In this document: one piece after another, positions 62,335-64,000 of the stretch
Layout: every line of letters begins with the position of its first letter
How positions within the stretch are numbered: the first letter of the stretch is position 1
Notes under the pieces: generated by a model
Told to the model about the DNA's origin: nothing
The model's database searches: none
What the model saw: the letters and a program-made list of their open reading frames with translations, nothing else
Position numbers and translations under genes: made by a program
DNA from: Thalia democratica
Taxonomy: Eukaryota
NCBI GenBank assembly: GCA_965202585.1
Contig: OZ241830.1
Coordinates: 26,784,001 to 26,848,000 of the forward strand
Length of the DNA: 64,000 bases
Reading direction: 5' to 3'

Positions 62335-63997
62335 TTAAAGATCTTCCTCATCGTTTTCCTCTTCTTCATTAGCTCCTTCACTGTACTGCTGAAAAAATTC
62401 ATCTACGTTACCGTTTAGTTCCAAGAACTTTGCGAACATCTCGACATTTGGACTTTCTTTGACATCTTCTGGATGCTTAAAAAATAGTTAAATGTAACTT
62501 TCTTTTTAATTATTGAAAAAATTAGACTTGACAATCCTAAAATATAATATTTGTTGTTTTAACTTAGATATCATCCGCAAATAAAAATAACTTAGTTTAT
62601 TTATAGAGAAAACTTACTTGATAACCGACAGCTTCACCTTCTTTCTGGAACAACACGAAAGCGCTTTTTGGCACGAAACCGTCAGCATCGTTTGCAGAGT
62701 AGTCGATCTTCGCCACGATGACGTCATCACTGTCTACGTAATTTTCTCCCAGCTGCTGCCAAACGGGCTCGTAATATTCGGCCTGCTTCGATCCGGGGCC
62801 GTAGAACCACACAAAGACTGTTTTGCTTTCATCGAAAGCCACTTGCTTGAAGTTCTTACCGACAAGAACTTTCACCGGTGCCTCGTTCCAGTTTTCGGGA
62901 ACTTCTTCGGAATAAAAGAAACTCTCGGCGTTTCCAGCCAAAAATTTCTTGCTGAACTCAATCACCGACTCGGATGTTACTTTATCAAAGTCAGGTTTGA
63001 ACTTTCTCACGGTTCCGTTTTCAAAATGGAAAATTCTCATAGCCGGGGCGTCTTTCACATCGAGCTTGAGATTTTTGGCGAAACTTTTGACGACGTCATT
63101 TTCAACGTAAGCGTAGGAAAAAACCAGCTCGGAATCTTTTATTTCCTCCGCGACCTTCCTCACATCTTCAACCGTGTCCTCTTCAGAGTCTTTTGGGAGA
63201 AAGACGATGGCGTGTTTCGCGTTGGGGTTGCCTTGTAGCAGGTAGCGAGCGGTGGTCTCGTTGAGCTCCGAGAGAATGGGAAGGTTGTTTTTGAACATAA
63301 AGTTGACAAGTTCGGTTTCCACCAAGTTGCCTTTGAAGTCAGCGCGCGTTTCGTTTGATTTTTTGAAAAGAGCCACTTTGCCGCTCTCCAGCGCAATTTT
63401 TTCAGCAAGCTCCGGATTGTTGACAGTAAAGAAAAGGGCTTTATAGGATGAGGACAGAGTTTTTTCCGCTACATTTTCGTAAGCCTCGTTTACACTGTCG
63501 GGAAAGTGCCCTACCATGAAAACAGGAAATTTTTCCTTTGTCTCTTCAAACTCTTTTTCACTTTCAATCTCAACAACAGCCGGACCGGAAAGAGCCTTTA
63601 AGTTTTCAACAAAAACTTCAGGTGATTCCCCGCGGTATTGGTAGTCGAAAACCTGGCCGTTTTTGAAGAACTTCAACTTCGGGTAGCCTGGGATCTCAAA
63701 CTTTTCTGCGGTTTCTCTGTTTTCGGTGGCGTCAATTTTCGCGATGGTCACTTCTGGCGTTTTGTTTTCCGCGAAATAATCCGCAACCTTGGCGTAATCC
63801 GGTTCCAATTTCTGGCAGTATCCGCACCAGGGGGCGTAAAACTCTACGAGCATGCGAGGGTTGTCACTGACTGCTTGATCGAAAGTGGCATCTGTGAGGA
63901 CCATGACGTTTTTGTCGTCGACCACCGGTTTGCTTGGTTGACTTGGGTTACTGGTGCCCAAAAAAGACATTGCATTAGGGTAGAAGAAAAATACCAA
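62335..63997 (-). CDS. Protein disulfide isomerase family protein (a-b-b'-a'-c), 5' end/signal peptide probably off-window
   Basis: Large exon from ~63950 (acceptor uncertain) to 62618 (donor CAA|GTAAGT): VLTDATFD...LVEFYAPWCGYCQKLEP...AKIDAT...GYPKLKFFKNG...; a' region PVKVLVGKNF...VFVWFYGPGS. Last exon 62335-62475 HPEDVKES...EEEENDEEDL stop (acidic tail, KDEL-like EEDL). Confidence 0.92.
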
Positions 63998-64000
63998 AAA

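Noticed and set aside
62618-63446. ORFs 62618-63238 (+), 63160-63408 (-) and 63252-63446 (+)
   Set aside because: Shadow frames of the GC-rich PDI exon.

Overview
AT-rich eukaryotic (metazoan, invertebrate-like) genomic DNA with GT-AG introns and GC-richer exons; the taxon cannot be fixed from sequence alone. The first 25 kb hold two convergent (tail-to-tail) multi-Sushi/CCP loci. Gene A (+ strand, 5' end off-window, stop at 5826) has six tandem ~714-bp exon+intron units, each encoding one near-identical 61-aa CCP domain, then four unique CCP exons. Locus B (- strand, ~25.0 kb to 9.7 kb) carries an inverted twin of the same array with 10 copies, 4 of them broken by stops or a frameshift while keeping splice sites. 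Downstream it has an ILEI/PANDER (FAM3-type) domain plus three CCPs, ending in an exon paralogous to the last exon of gene A. A type I hammerhead ribozyme motif lies antisense in an intron of locus B (24454-24535). The region 26-46 kb is mostly nested transposon debris (hAT/Buster element with 8-bp TSD inside a CR1/L2 LINE, Kolobok-like TTAA MITEs, hAT MITEs, a CR1/L2 RT remnant), plus a decayed intronless GC-rich ORF of unknown, possibly viral, origin at 39.7-40.9 kb. A five-exon RING-CH (MARCH-type) E3 ligase gene with a long coiled-coil/acidic N-terminus lies at 46907-50491 (+). A Penelope-like GIY-YIG remnant lies at ~61.2-61.8 kb, and a PDI-family gene with one active site (CGYC), a dead a' site and a C-terminal EEDL lies at 62335->63997 (-). 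Most short ORFs in the supplied track are antisense or repeat artefacts; gene models here come from manual splice-site and phase reading.
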